Positions 8,530 through 17,537 of a stretch of DNA of 64,000 nt are shown piece after piece. Origin of the DNA: an uncultured Alphaproteobacteria bacterium. GTDB taxonomy: Bacteria > Pseudomonadota > Alphaproteobacteria > Methylaequorales > Methylaequoraceae. Position 1 is the stretch's first letter; each line of letters starts with the position of its first letter. Made by a program: the position numbers and the translations under genes. A model generated the notes under the pieces. That model worked only from the letters and a program-made list of their open reading frames with translations, was not told the origin of the DNA and did not search any database. The stretch is taken from positions 4,211 through 68,210 of the forward strand of contig CACEWP010000005.1 of assembly GCA_902563305.1 (NCBI GenBank), in the 5' to 3' direction.

Positions 8530-8679
8530 CTACTGACAGCAGTTATCTGAATCAACACAACATCCATCTTTGCAACATTTGCTGCTACAATCTCCTGTTT
8601 TACAACCATCACTACAACATCCATCTGCACAACAAGTGTACTTGCAGCAAGTCTCATTAATATTATTTATTTTACTCAC
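8530..8679 (-). CDS. 49-aa cysteine-rich (14 Cys) metallothionein-like peptide
   Basis: The minus strand has SD AAGGGGG, 5 nt, then GTG, and encodes (M)SKINNINETCCKYTCCADGCCSDGCKTGDCSSKCCKDGCCVDSDNCCQ*. The region is stop-free for 50 codons in an AT-rich context, and the plus frames are closed. It is absent from the track (<60 aa). Confidence 0.65.
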   Translation of the reverse strand: MSKINNINETCCKYTCCADGCCSDGCKTGDCSSKCCKDGCCVDSDNCCQ

Positions 8680-8706
8680 TTTAACCCCCTTTATATCTCT
8701 AATAAT

Positions 8707-8734
8707 ATTATATCATTAATATAATAAGTATCAA
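8707..8734 (-). promoter_or_regulatory. Candidate sigma70-type promoter of the Cys-rich peptide gene
   Basis: The minus strand reads TTGATA-16 nt-TATAAT, with the -10 box about 30 nt upstream of the GTG. Confidence 0.4.
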
Positions 8735-8799
8735 TTAAAATACATTGCTTAAAAAGCACCAAATTTTGTTGTCACAGGAAATAATAAATTTTTTATTTC

Positions 8800-9714
8800 T
8801 CAAGGGATTACATTATAATTAATTGGAAAAAAACCTTCTACTTTTTCAGTCTTTGGTGCAGTATGATAAAAAGAAATTGTTAATTTATTATTGTTTCTAT
8901 ATATCTTAAAATTAGTCGACATATTATTACTCATCTTATAAGTCTTAATTTTTATATTGAAAAATTTCTTTGTTAATTTTTCGATATTAATACACTCTGC
9001 ACGCAACCTACTAGTGTCAGGACTAAATAAAATAATTCTTTCTAACTTCTGGTTTTTATATTTGATATCATTTAACATATCATGAAATTCTTTTGTTTTG
9101 ATTGAATTATTTTTGGGAATACTATTGTTATGTTTAATAAATGTTTTATTTTTAAAATTAAATATAATTAAAAAGCATGTAAAAATCCCATAAGTGTAAT
9201 AATATTCATTATTAGAAATTTTGATCAATTCATTTTTTGCAGTTTTTATTTTTCCATTGGAAGAGATTCCAGTGTAATTTTCTGATTTGTAAGGACGAAA
9301 TTTAATGTATCTATTTTTTCGATAATTAATAATAGCGATATAGTCATTTAGTTTTTTTTTCGATAACTCTTTAATTAAGAAATTGTAAATATCTTTTTCA
9401 TACTTTTGATAATTCCTCGTAAATTTAATTAAAGTTGGATTTATTTTATATTGTCGACTAATTTTTAAACCTAGATTAGTTAAATGAAAATTAAGAGAAT
9501 CTTTATCAAAAAATAAAAATCTATTTTTTCTTAATTCACTAAAGATAATCAAGTACGATTTTACCGTTTGTTCTAAAGGTTTATTTCTAAAGTTTGATAA
9601 CTGGATTAGTTTAGGAAAAAATATTAAGGAAATTATTTGTGTTAAGGTTGCCTTTGATCCTAGAGGAAAGTAATACTGAAAATAAGAAAATATGATTTTT
9701 AAATATACAATCAC
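8800..9714 (-). CDS. Hypothetical protein (ORFan-like, Lys/Asn/Ile-rich)
   Basis: 304-aa ORF, visibly more AT-rich than its neighbours. No motif recognised. Confidence 0.5.
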   Translation of the reverse strand: MIVYLKIIFSYFQYYFPLGSKATLTQIISLIFFPKLIQLSNFRNKPLEQTVKSYLIIFSELRKNRFLFFDKDSLNFHLTNLGLKISRQYKINPTLIKFTRNYQKYEKDIYNFLIKELSKKKLNDYIAIINYRKNRYIKFRPYKSENYTGISSNGKIKTAKNELIKISNNEYYYTYGIFTCFLIIFNFKNKTFIKHNNSIPKNNSIKTKEFHDMLNDIKYKNQKLERIILFSPDTSRLRAECINIEKLTKKFFNIKIKTYKMSNNMSTNFKIYRNNNKLTISFYHTAPKTEKVEGFFPINYNVIP

Positions 9715-9928
9715 TTTTAATAATCTTATGGTTGTGTTTAATATAATATATTGAACGTATGATTGTGTTCACAGATTATTATAATGTCTCTGTGATATCA
9801 ATAAAAAATTTTTTCAAGAATTTAATTTGATAAAAAATGGACTTAAATGATCAACCAAAAGATTTTATAAATTTAATGATTATGAAATACCGGTTATGGT
9901 GGTTAGAATTAAGTATCAAAGTTTTGTA

Positions 9929-10777
9929 CTATATCATACAAGTATGCATTTTTTGGGGTGGTGTTGTTTCATCTTTTATCTTATCAAGACCATCGGTGTT
10001 GAAGTCTTTACTTTTTTCTTTTGGAATTGCCAATATATTTTCCTGACAAATATTTGGGAAATAATTAATATTTGATTTGTTGTGATTGTGAGGATTGAAT
10101 AGATACGATAATACCCAGTATAATGCATAACCAGACTTTAAAAGTAATTTATTTAATTTATTTGGGAAAACTCTTTGATTTTCAATCCACATGATTGGTC
10201 TGAATTTATTTATGAATAATTTACCTCCATTAAGGACATCTAATTCCATACCTTCCACATCAATCTTAACAAAATTACATTTTTTTAAATGTAAAAATTT
10301 ATCAAGATTGGTGATTGATATTTTTTGTTTAGCATCACTTTTATCAGGAAAGAAAGGATTATCTTTATTCTGAACAAGACTGACACCGCCAAAGTTGTCT
10401 ACAACATTATAGTTAATGAATGTTAAATCTATAGTTGTTTTTTCTAACCCCACGCCTGATCGAAATAACTCAATATTATATTTTTTATTTTTCTCTACAT
10501 TCATTTTTAATATTTCATAAATTTCTTTTTGAGGTTCAAATGAAAAAACTTTCCCTGATTTACCGATTTTCTTTAAGAATGGAACTGTAAACGCTCCAAT
10601 ATTGGACCCGATATCAAAAACGTAGTCACCTTTTTTGATAAATTTCATAATAATTGACAACTCAATTTCTGAATACTCTCCATATAATTTTAAACTGTTT
10701 CCAATATACAAGTCTGAACTTAGAGAATGAAACATTCCATGTTTAGTCTTTAATAAATCTACATTACAACTCATCAT
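9929..10777 (-). CDS. FkbM-family SAM-dependent methyltransferase
   Basis: FDIGSNIGAFTVPF (SAM-binding glycine loop), VFSFEPQKEIYEIL and FVKIDVEGMELDVLNG match the FkbM family pattern. Confidence 0.75.
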   Translation of the reverse strand: MMSCNVDLLKTKHGMFHSLSSDLYIGNSLKLYGEYSEIELSIIMKFIKKGDYVFDIGSNIGAFTVPFLKKIGKSGKVFSFEPQKEIYEILKMNVEKNKKYNIELFRSGVGLEKTTIDLTFINYNVVDNFGGVSLVQNKDNPFFPDKSDAKQKISITNLDKFLHLKKCNFVKIDVEGMELDVLNGGKLFINKFRPIMWIENQRVFPNKLNKLLLKSGYALYWVLSYLFNPHNHNKSNINYFPNICQENILAIPKEKSKDFNTDGLDKIKDETTPPQKMHTCMI

Positions 10778-10975
10778 TTTAATTTCTTCTTAATTATCGG
10801 TTATTACTTCAAATACAAACTTTATTAAAATCTAGCAATTTTAATACCATTTTGAATCTTGTAGTTTGTCTTCTATCTCTTTGTATTGTTCATTCAACTC
10901 TGATCGTATGTCTTCGTTTCATTTGCCCTTATTTGTTAAAGAGTGAATCCTCTTAAACCCTTTGTGAGTCTCCCT

Positions 10976-11008
10976 AAAACAAACAAGGGGGAACAATTGC
11001 CCCCCCTT
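10976..11008 (-). terminator. Intrinsic terminator at the 3' end of ssrA
   Basis: The minus strand reads CAAGGGGGGG-CAATTG-TTCCCCCTTG followed by TTTGTTTT. Confidence 0.6.
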
Positions 11009-11250
11009 GCCGATGAGACTTCTGTTGCCCGGTGGTCCCACAACCGCGCTTTCTTAATTTAATTAAGCAGCGAGTGCCATTTCATTATCATTGGCATTTA
11101 TATGTTTAGTCCGATAACGTTGGTACTATTCCGGGCAAAGTTTTTGACTATTCACACGCACGTCGATCCTGTTTCACCCCCATAAAATGTGGTGGAGGTG
11201 CCGGGTACCGCCCCCGGGTCCGCATCGGCTCAAAATCAAACGTTTATTGC
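10976..11250 (-). ncRNA. ssrA: Two-piece (permuted) tmRNA gene, alphaproteobacterial type
   Basis: The minus strand reads acceptor piece ...GCCGATGCGGACCCGGGGGCGGTACCCGGCACCTCCACCA, an 8-nt spacer, then coding piece GGGGGTGAAACAGGATCGACG.... The tag reading frame GCC AAT GAT AAT GAA ATG GCA CTC GCT GCT TAA (ANDNEMALAA*) is at 11063-11095. The 5' boundary is approximate. Confidence 0.85.
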
Positions 11251-11356
11251 CATAGCTGAAATTCAGCAATTTAATAATAATGAATGATAAAAAAAATAAA
11301 ACCTATAAATTGTTTTAGTATAAAAAAAAGCTAATATAGAAAAATCAGAGTTTTTT

Positions 11357-12283
11357 ATGAAAAAAAAATCCAAGGCACAAATTGAAATCGAACAATTAAG
11401 AAAAAATAATTTTTCTACAAAAAGAGCTACTGTAAAAAATTTAGAAAAAATTTTGTATAAGTCATTCAAAGTTTTAGATTACGGGTTTATTAGGGTGGTA
11501 GACTATATGGGAGACGACTCTTCTATTGTTCAGGCAGCAAGAGTTTCTTATGGAAAAGGTACCAAAAAATTAAATCAAGATAAAAGTCTTATTAATTATC
11601 TCATAAGTCATAGACACTCTACTCCCTTCGAGATGAACGAAATAAAATTTCATGTAAAGTTACCAATATTTGTAGCTCGACAATGGATCAGACATAGAAC
11701 AGCCAATGTTAATGAGTATTCTGCAAGATATTCAATTTTGGATAAAGAATTTTATATTCCTAAACATAAAGACCTTAAACCACAATCCAAGTCAAATAAT
11801 CAAGGGAGATCGGGTAAACTTAGTTTGGATGAAGCAGAAAATTATTCAAAAATAATCAAAGAAAACTCAAGGATTGGTTTTGAAAATTATTCCAAATTAT
11901 TGAATGAAAATGAAGAGGGAGAAAAAATTGAAAATTCAAGAGAAGGTCTAGCAAGAGAACTCTCAAGAATGACATTGCCTTTAAATGCCTACACCCAATG
12001 GTATTGGAAAATTGATTTACATAATTTGATGCATTTTTTATCTCTGAGGTTTGATCCTCACGCACAATTTGAAATAAGAGTGTATGCAGAAATAATGATG
12101 GATATACTTAAAAAATGGGTACCTCTTACACACAACGCCTTTGTTACCAATAGACTTAATGCATTAACAATTTCTTCAGATGGAATTAAGTATTTAAAAT
12201 CCTTGATTAATGGAAAAGGACCTACGCCAAAAGGTATTTCAAAAAGAGAACTGGATGCATTAAAGAAAATTTTTAATTGCTAA
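11357..12283 (+). CDS. thyX: FAD-dependent thymidylate synthase
   Basis: ThyX signature region WIRHRTANVNEYSARYS (RHR...SxR type). Length and N-terminal extension are compatible. Confidence 0.85.
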   Translation: MKKKSKAQIEIEQLRKNNFSTKRATVKNLEKILYKSFKVLDYGFIRVVDYMGDDSSIVQAARVSYGKGTKKLNQDKSLINYLISHRHSTPFEMNEIKFHVKLPIFVARQWIRHRTANVNEYSARYSILDKEFYIPKHKDLKPQSKSNNQGRSGKLSLDEAENYSKIIKENSRIGFENYSKLLNENEEGEKIENSREGLARELSRMTLPLNAYTQWYWKIDLHNLMHFLSLRFDPHAQFEIRVYAEIMMDILKKWVPLTHNAFVTNRLNALTISSDGIKYLKSLINGKGPTPKGISKRELDALKKIFNC

Positions 12284-13049
12284 TTTTTACATCTTGAGTT
12301 TTGTTTTTATCTAATACTTCAATTAACTGATCTGATATATTCTCAAACACATTATTAATACACGAATTGTTTTTTGATGTAAGAGGAATTCCAGAGTCTC
12401 CTGCATTTGAAATTTCTGAGTAAATAGGTATTTCACCAAGAAACTTTAAGTTTTGTTTTTTAGACTCCTCCAACGCACCATTCTTTCCAAACAAGTACTT
12501 TTTTGTTTCATTTATTTCAAGATAACTCATATTCTGAATAATTCCTAGGATTGGAACATTTACCTTTTTAAACATATTAATTGCTTTCCTTACATCTAAA
12601 AGAGATACCTCTTGAGGGGTAGATACAATTACGGCACCATTGATCTTTAAACTTTGACACAATGATAATTGGATATCTCCAGTACCAGGTGGCAAATCTA
12701 TAATTAAAAAATCTAAATCACCCCACTCAACGTCATTTAGCATTTGCTTTATAGCACCGGAAGCCATTGGTCCTCTCCAAATTATGGCTTCATTTTCCGG
12801 AATCATATTGCCAATTGACATAGCAAATATTGAGAACTTTTGGTAAGGAAGCATTTTTTTTGTTTTTGATAACTGGGGTTTTTCAGATACTCCTATCATT
12901 TTTGGAACCGAAGGACCATAAACGTCAGCATCTAAAAGACCAACTTTAAAGTTTTTGAAACGTGCCAAAGTTATCGCCAAATTTAGGGCAACCGTTGATT
13001 TCCCTACCCCTCCTTTACCTGAAGCAACTACGATAATATTTTTAATCAT
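12273..13049 (-). CDS. apbC: Mrp/ApbC/NBP35-family Fe-S cluster carrier ATPase
   Basis: Deviant Walker A ASGKGGVGKST and DLPPGTGD. The 3' end overlaps thyX convergently. Confidence 0.85.
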   Translation of the reverse strand: MIKNIIVVASGKGGVGKSTVALNLAITLARFKNFKVGLLDADVYGPSVPKMIGVSEKPQLSKTKKMLPYQKFSIFAMSIGNMIPENEAIIWRGPMASGAIKQMLNDVEWGDLDFLIIDLPPGTGDIQLSLCQSLKINGAVIVSTPQEVSLLDVRKAINMFKKVNVPILGIIQNMSYLEINETKKYLFGKNGALEESKKQNLKFLGEIPIYSEISNAGDSGIPLTSKNNSCINNVFENISDQLIEVLDKNKTQDVKISN

Positions 13050-13151
13050 TTTACAAATATTAATAAAAAAAAATAAAAATTAAATTAGAAAAATTATTCT
13101 TTGCATGCTGAAAACATTTCTTATATATAAGTTATCAATAAAGAAAAAAAA

Positions 13152-14267
13152 ATGTCTTGGTCATCTAACGATAATAACAGTCCCTGGGGTAAAAAACCAA
13201 GGGATAATAAAAATAATTCATCTAATAGCAGTGGAAATGGCTATTCAGACGATTATTTAAAAGGATTTCAAGATAAACTCAAAAATATGTTCCCTAAAAA
13301 CAACCCAACTAGTCTTGGGCTTGTAACAGTCATTTTATTAGGAATCTGGACTTTAAGTGGATTTTACAGAGTCGGAACCGACGAACAAGGTGTTGTCACT
13401 AGGTTTGGAGAATATGTTAGAACAACTGAACCTGGACTTCACTATCACTTCCCTTTTCCTATCGAGACAGTATTTAAACCTAAGGTCACTAAGGTAAATA
13501 GAATTGAAGTTGGCTTCAGAACCTCTCAATCTCAATTTTCTCAAACGCCTCAAACAAGACAAACACCTGAAGAAGCACTAATGCTTACTGGCGATGAAAA
13601 TATAGTAGACTTAAACTTTACTATCTTTTGGATTATTAATGACGCTAAAGATTTTTTATTTAATGTCAGGAACCCTCAAATTACTATCAAGAGCATTGGT
13701 GAAAGCGTTATGCGAGAGAAAATTGGCCAGACCCCAATCGACCCGATTTTATCTGAAGGTAAATCAATTGTTGAAGAGGATGTAAAGAATAATGTTCAAA
13801 AAGTTTTAGATTACTATGAGGCCGGGGTGTTAGTAACTCAAGTTCAACTGCAAAAAGCAGATCCACCAGAATTAGTTATTGAATCATTTAGGGATGTTCA
13901 AAGAGCTAAAACAGACGAACAAAGGCTAAGAAATGAAGCTGAGGCCTATAGAAACGATATTATACCAAAAGCTAGAGGAGAAGCAGAAAAAACAATACAA
14001 GAAGCAGAAGCATACAAACAAGAAGTTGTGGCAAAAGCTGAGGGTGAGGCTCAAAGATTTTTATCAGTTTACAATTCTTACAAAACCTCAAAAGATGTTA
14101 CAAGAGAGAGAATTTACCTTGAAACCCTTGAGAAAACTCTAGGAAAGATTGACAAAGTAATCGTTGATAATAAAGCTGGAGGTGGAGTTGTTCCCTACTT
14201 ACCTTTACCAGAATTAAAAAAAAAATTAAAAAACAATAATCCTAATCAAAATCCATCCAATGAGTAA
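13152..14267 (+). CDS. hflK: FtsH protease modulator HflK
   Basis: SPFH/band-7 domain, N-terminal low-complexity region plus TM. It overlaps the downstream hflC by 8 nt. Confidence 0.9.
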   Translation: MSWSSNDNNSPWGKKPRDNKNNSSNSSGNGYSDDYLKGFQDKLKNMFPKNNPTSLGLVTVILLGIWTLSGFYRVGTDEQGVVTRFGEYVRTTEPGLHYHFPFPIETVFKPKVTKVNRIEVGFRTSQSQFSQTPQTRQTPEEALMLTGDENIVDLNFTIFWIINDAKDFLFNVRNPQITIKSIGESVMREKIGQTPIDPILSEGKSIVEEDVKNNVQKVLDYYEAGVLVTQVQLQKADPPELVIESFRDVQRAKTDEQRLRNEAEAYRNDIIPKARGEAEKTIQEAEAYKQEVVAKAEGEAQRFLSVYNSYKTSKDVTRERIYLETLEKTLGKIDKVIVDNKAGGGVVPYLPLPELKKKLKNNNPNQNPSNE

Positions 14268-15129
14268 AACCAGTTTATTCTCTATACTATTAATTGTATT
14301 AGCATTTGTTGGTTTAAATGCTTTATTTACAATGAGTGAAAAAGAACAAGGCCTTGTTCTCCAATTTGGTGAACCAAAAAGGGTTGTCAAGTCATCAGGC
14401 CTTCATTTTAAAATACCATTAATCCAAAATGTTGTTAGATATGATAGAAGAATTCTCGAATATGATCTTCCTGTGGAAGAAGTAATTGCTGTAGATAAGA
14501 AAAGAATGTTAATTGATTCATTTACTAGGTTTAAAATTATAGATCCACTTGAATTTTATAAAACAGTAGGAAACGAGATTAATGTAAGAAATAGGCTTAA
14601 CTCAAACGTTATTTCGTCCCTAAGAAGAGTTGTAGGGCGAGTTACTTTAGATGAACTTTTATCTCAAGAAAGAACAAAAATTATGGAAGATATAAAACTT
14701 GAAGTCAACAATGAAGCCTTTAGATTTGGGATCGAGATTGTTGATGTAAGAATTAGAAGGGCTGATTTACCCGAAGCAAATAGTCAGGCTATATATGAAA
14801 GAATGATTAGTGAAAGAGTTAGAGAGGCTAAAGAGTTTAGAGCCAAAGGCTCAGAAGTTGCTCAAAAAATAAGGGCAGAAGCTGATAAAGAGAAAACTGT
14901 TATATTAGCAGAAGCTACTAGAAAATCTGAAATTTTAAGAGGTGAAGGAGAATCAGAAGCTATAGATATTTATGCAGATGCATTTGAGAAAGATTCTGAT
15001 TTTTATTCTTTTTACAGATCAATGCAGGCTTATGGAAATGTATTGGGTGAAGATGGAACAACAATGATTTTATCTCCAGACAGTGAATTTCTAGAATTTT
15101 TTAATAACTCAAAAGGTAAATCAAGATAA
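14260..15129 (+). CDS. hflC: FtsH protease modulator HflC
   Basis: SPFH domain paralog immediately after hflK. Confidence 0.9.
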   Translation: MSKTSLFSILLIVLAFVGLNALFTMSEKEQGLVLQFGEPKRVVKSSGLHFKIPLIQNVVRYDRRILEYDLPVEEVIAVDKKRMLIDSFTRFKIIDPLEFYKTVGNEINVRNRLNSNVISSLRRVVGRVTLDELLSQERTKIMEDIKLEVNNEAFRFGIEIVDVRIRRADLPEANSQAIYERMISERVREAKEFRAKGSEVAQKIRAEADKEKTVILAEATRKSEILRGEGESEAIDIYADAFEKDSDFYSFYRSMQAYGNVLGEDGTTMILSPDSEFLEFFNNSKGKSR

Positions 15130-15132
15130 AAA

Positions 15133-16584
15133 ATGTTTAGAAATTTTTCAATATTTGTATTTTTGTTTTTGTACTCACTTAATTTGAAAAGTCATCCTTT
15201 ATCAGATGATTTTGCTGATCTTGTTCAGAAAAAGTCACCTAGCGTTGTAAATGTCTTTACAGTTCAAAAACCTAAGCAATCGTCCAATAATCAAAACCCA
15301 TTAGAAAGTATTCCTCCGCAGTTTAGAGATTTTTTTAAAAATTTTCCTCCTGGATTTCCTTTTGGTCCACAACCCCAACAACCAAATCAGCAAGAAAGTG
15401 AGAGACCTCAAGCTTTAGGTTCTGGGTTTGTGATAGATCCTACTGGTTATATTGTTACAAATAATCATGTGATTGAACAAGCAAATGAAATTAAAGTGAA
15501 ATTTCAAGACGACTCTGAGTTAGAAGCACAACTTGTCGGAACAGATAAACTCACAGATATTGCATTACTAAAAGTTGAACCAAAAAAACCGCTATCCTAT
15601 CTCAAATTTGCAGATTCTGACAAGGCTAGAGTTGGTCACTCTGTCTTTGCAATTGGAAATCCATTTGGATTGGGGGGCACGGTAACCTCAGGAATTATTT
15701 CAGCTTTTAACAGAGACATCAATGCTGGTCCTTATGATAGTTTTATTCAAACTGACGCATCTATTAACAGAGGAAATTCTGGGGGGCCACTTTTTAATTT
15801 AGAGGGCGAAGTGTTAGGAATTAATACCGCAATTTTTTCACCCACTGGTGGAAGTGTTGGAATTGGTTTTTCAATTCCAGCTAATTTAGCGAAGCCCATA
15901 ATTGAACAATTAAGAAAATTCGGAAAAACGCAAAGAGGATGGCTTGGAGTTCGAATTCAGGAATTAACACCTGAAATTGCTAAAAGCCTAGGATTAAAAA
16001 ATGAAGAAGGTGTTTTAATTTCAATGGTAAATCCGGGAGAGCCTGCTGAGAAAGGCGGGTTAAAATCTGGAGATGTGATTTTAGAATTCAACGGGAAAAA
16101 AATTAAAGATGTTAAATCACTTCAGAGGACCGTTGCTGAGTCTGCGGTTGAGAGTAAAGCTAAAGTTAAAGTATGGAGAGACAAAAAAGAAAAGAATTTT
16201 ACTGTTAAACTTGGAGAGCTAGAAAAGTTCAATACAGCCAACAATGAAAAATCTGATTCTAATAAAGAAGTTGTAAGTGACGAAGTCGAGATTGACGCAG
16301 TTGGTTTAAGGCTTCTTGGTCTTAATAAAGAAACTAGATCAAAATATAATATTTCTAAAAACGTAAAAGGAGTTGTTATCACTGCAGTTAAAAGAGATTC
16401 ATTTGCATCTAAAGCCGGTTTGAATGTTGGAAACGTAATATCCCAAATTGCACAAAAAGATATAGAACGCCCAGCAAAAGCAAAACAGATTTTTGAGGAA
16501 TTTCTTAAAAAAGATTCAGATGCTGTCCTCTTACAAGTTTTTGAGGGAGACTTTTCAAGGTTTTTAATACTTAAATTAAAGTAA
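15133..16584 (+). CDS. degP: Periplasmic serine endoprotease DegP/DegQ (Do family)
   Basis: Catalytic-triad context TNNHV...DIALLK...GNSGGPL plus two PDZ-like C-terminal domains. Confidence 0.9.
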   Translation: MFRNFSIFVFLFLYSLNLKSHPLSDDFADLVQKKSPSVVNVFTVQKPKQSSNNQNPLESIPPQFRDFFKNFPPGFPFGPQPQQPNQQESERPQALGSGFVIDPTGYIVTNNHVIEQANEIKVKFQDDSELEAQLVGTDKLTDIALLKVEPKKPLSYLKFADSDKARVGHSVFAIGNPFGLGGTVTSGIISAFNRDINAGPYDSFIQTDASINRGNSGGPLFNLEGEVLGINTAIFSPTGGSVGIGFSIPANLAKPIIEQLRKFGKTQRGWLGVRIQELTPEIAKSLGLKNEEGVLISMVNPGEPAEKGGLKSGDVILEFNGKKIKDVKSLQRTVAESAVESKAKVKVWRDKKEKNFTVKLGELEKFNTANNEKSDSNKEVVSDEVEIDAVGLRLLGLNKETRSKYNISKNVKGVVITAVKRDSFASKAGLNVGNVISQIAQKDIERPAKAKQIFEEFLKKDSDAVLLQVFEGDFSRFLILKLK

Positions 16585-16588
16585 GGTA

Positions 16589-17485
16589 TTGTATCCATTT
16601 GCAATTTTGATAGGGGGACCTACTGCGGCCAAAAAAACAGAGCTAGCATTTGAAATTCAATCGAAAATTCCTGGTGTAGTTATTAATTCAGATAGCATGC
16701 AAGTTTACAGTGAATTAAGGTCTCTGACTAATATGCCCTCAAAAGGTGAAATTATTAAGCACTCCTGTAACCTCTTTGAATTTGTCAATTATCCAACAAA
16801 GTGTGATGTTGGATATTGGTTTAAGAATGTTAAACTGATTTTATCAGAAACTAAAGGCAAAATACCAATTTTTGTGGGTGGTACGGGATTATATTTAGAG
16901 AGTTTACAAAAAACAATTTCTCCGATTCCTAAAATTTCACTAGCAGTAAAAAATAAAATTCAAATTTTACATCAAAAACACGGTAATTCATATTTTTATA
17001 AAAAACTCAAGGCATATGACCCTGAATACTCAAAAAAAATTTCTGAGAATGATACTCAAAGACTCTTCAGAGCCATCTGTGTGAAAATATCAACTGGTAA
17101 AAATTTAACTTATTGGCATAGTATAAAATCAAAAAAAATATTTAGAAGGATAATTTACGTTACAATTTCAACTGACAGGGAGGAACTCTACAAATCTATA
17201 AATCAGAGGTGTTTAAAAATTTTAAAATCTAATGCTATACAAGAAGTGTCTGAATTTTTAAAAAAAAAAAAACCTATAGATCATCCGTTACATAAATCTA
17301 TTGGTTTTAAAATAATAGAAGATTATATAAATAATATAAGATCTTTTGAGGATTCTCTGGAGTTATTTAAACAAGAAACTAGGAGATATGCAAAACGTCA
17401 GATCACATGGTTTAAGAATAGATCAAGAGAATCTAAAAAAATGAATTTTAAAGAAGCTAAAATATATTTATTGAAAAATATTTAA
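16589..17485 (+). CDS. miaA: tRNA dimethylallyltransferase
   Basis: N-terminal IGGPTAAKKTELA P-loop region, SMQVY and GGTGLY motifs. The apparent start is TTG. Confidence 0.85.
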   Translation: MYPFAILIGGPTAAKKTELAFEIQSKIPGVVINSDSMQVYSELRSLTNMPSKGEIIKHSCNLFEFVNYPTKCDVGYWFKNVKLILSETKGKIPIFVGGTGLYLESLQKTISPIPKISLAVKNKIQILHQKHGNSYFYKKLKAYDPEYSKKISENDTQRLFRAICVKISTGKNLTYWHSIKSKKIFRRIIYVTISTDREELYKSINQRCLKILKSNAIQEVSEFLKKKKPIDHPLHKSIGFKIIEDYINNIRSFEDSLELFKQETRRYAKRQITWFKNRSRESKKMNFKEAKIYLLKNI

Positions 17486-17537
17486 TTTTTCATTTTTTTG
17501 GTGTTTATAACTGGTTTTTGGTTTAATTTAAATTATT

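Noticed and set aside
9837-10046. 69-aa plus-strand ORF between the ORFan and the FkbM gene
   Set aside because: Its 3' half overlaps the end of the FkbM gene on the opposite strand. There is no SD and the sequence is hydrophobic low-complexity, so it is likely spurious.
16122-16604. 160-aa antisense ORF inside degP. The same applies to 21177-21623 in leuA, 62308-62700 in glmS, 40000-40353 in the GT9 gene, 45098-45454 in asnB/pyrC and 43170-43478
   Set aside because: These ORFs are embedded antisense in genes with unmistakable conserved motifs. Their products are low-complexity Ser/Leu/Phe-rich and they have no start context.
16613-16639. The MiaA Walker A reads GGPTAAKKT (Lys where the GK[ST] glycine is expected), and the gene uses a TTG start
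   Set aside because: The rest of MiaA is intact and its context is conserved. This is probably lineage-specific variation. It is only worth checking against orthologs.
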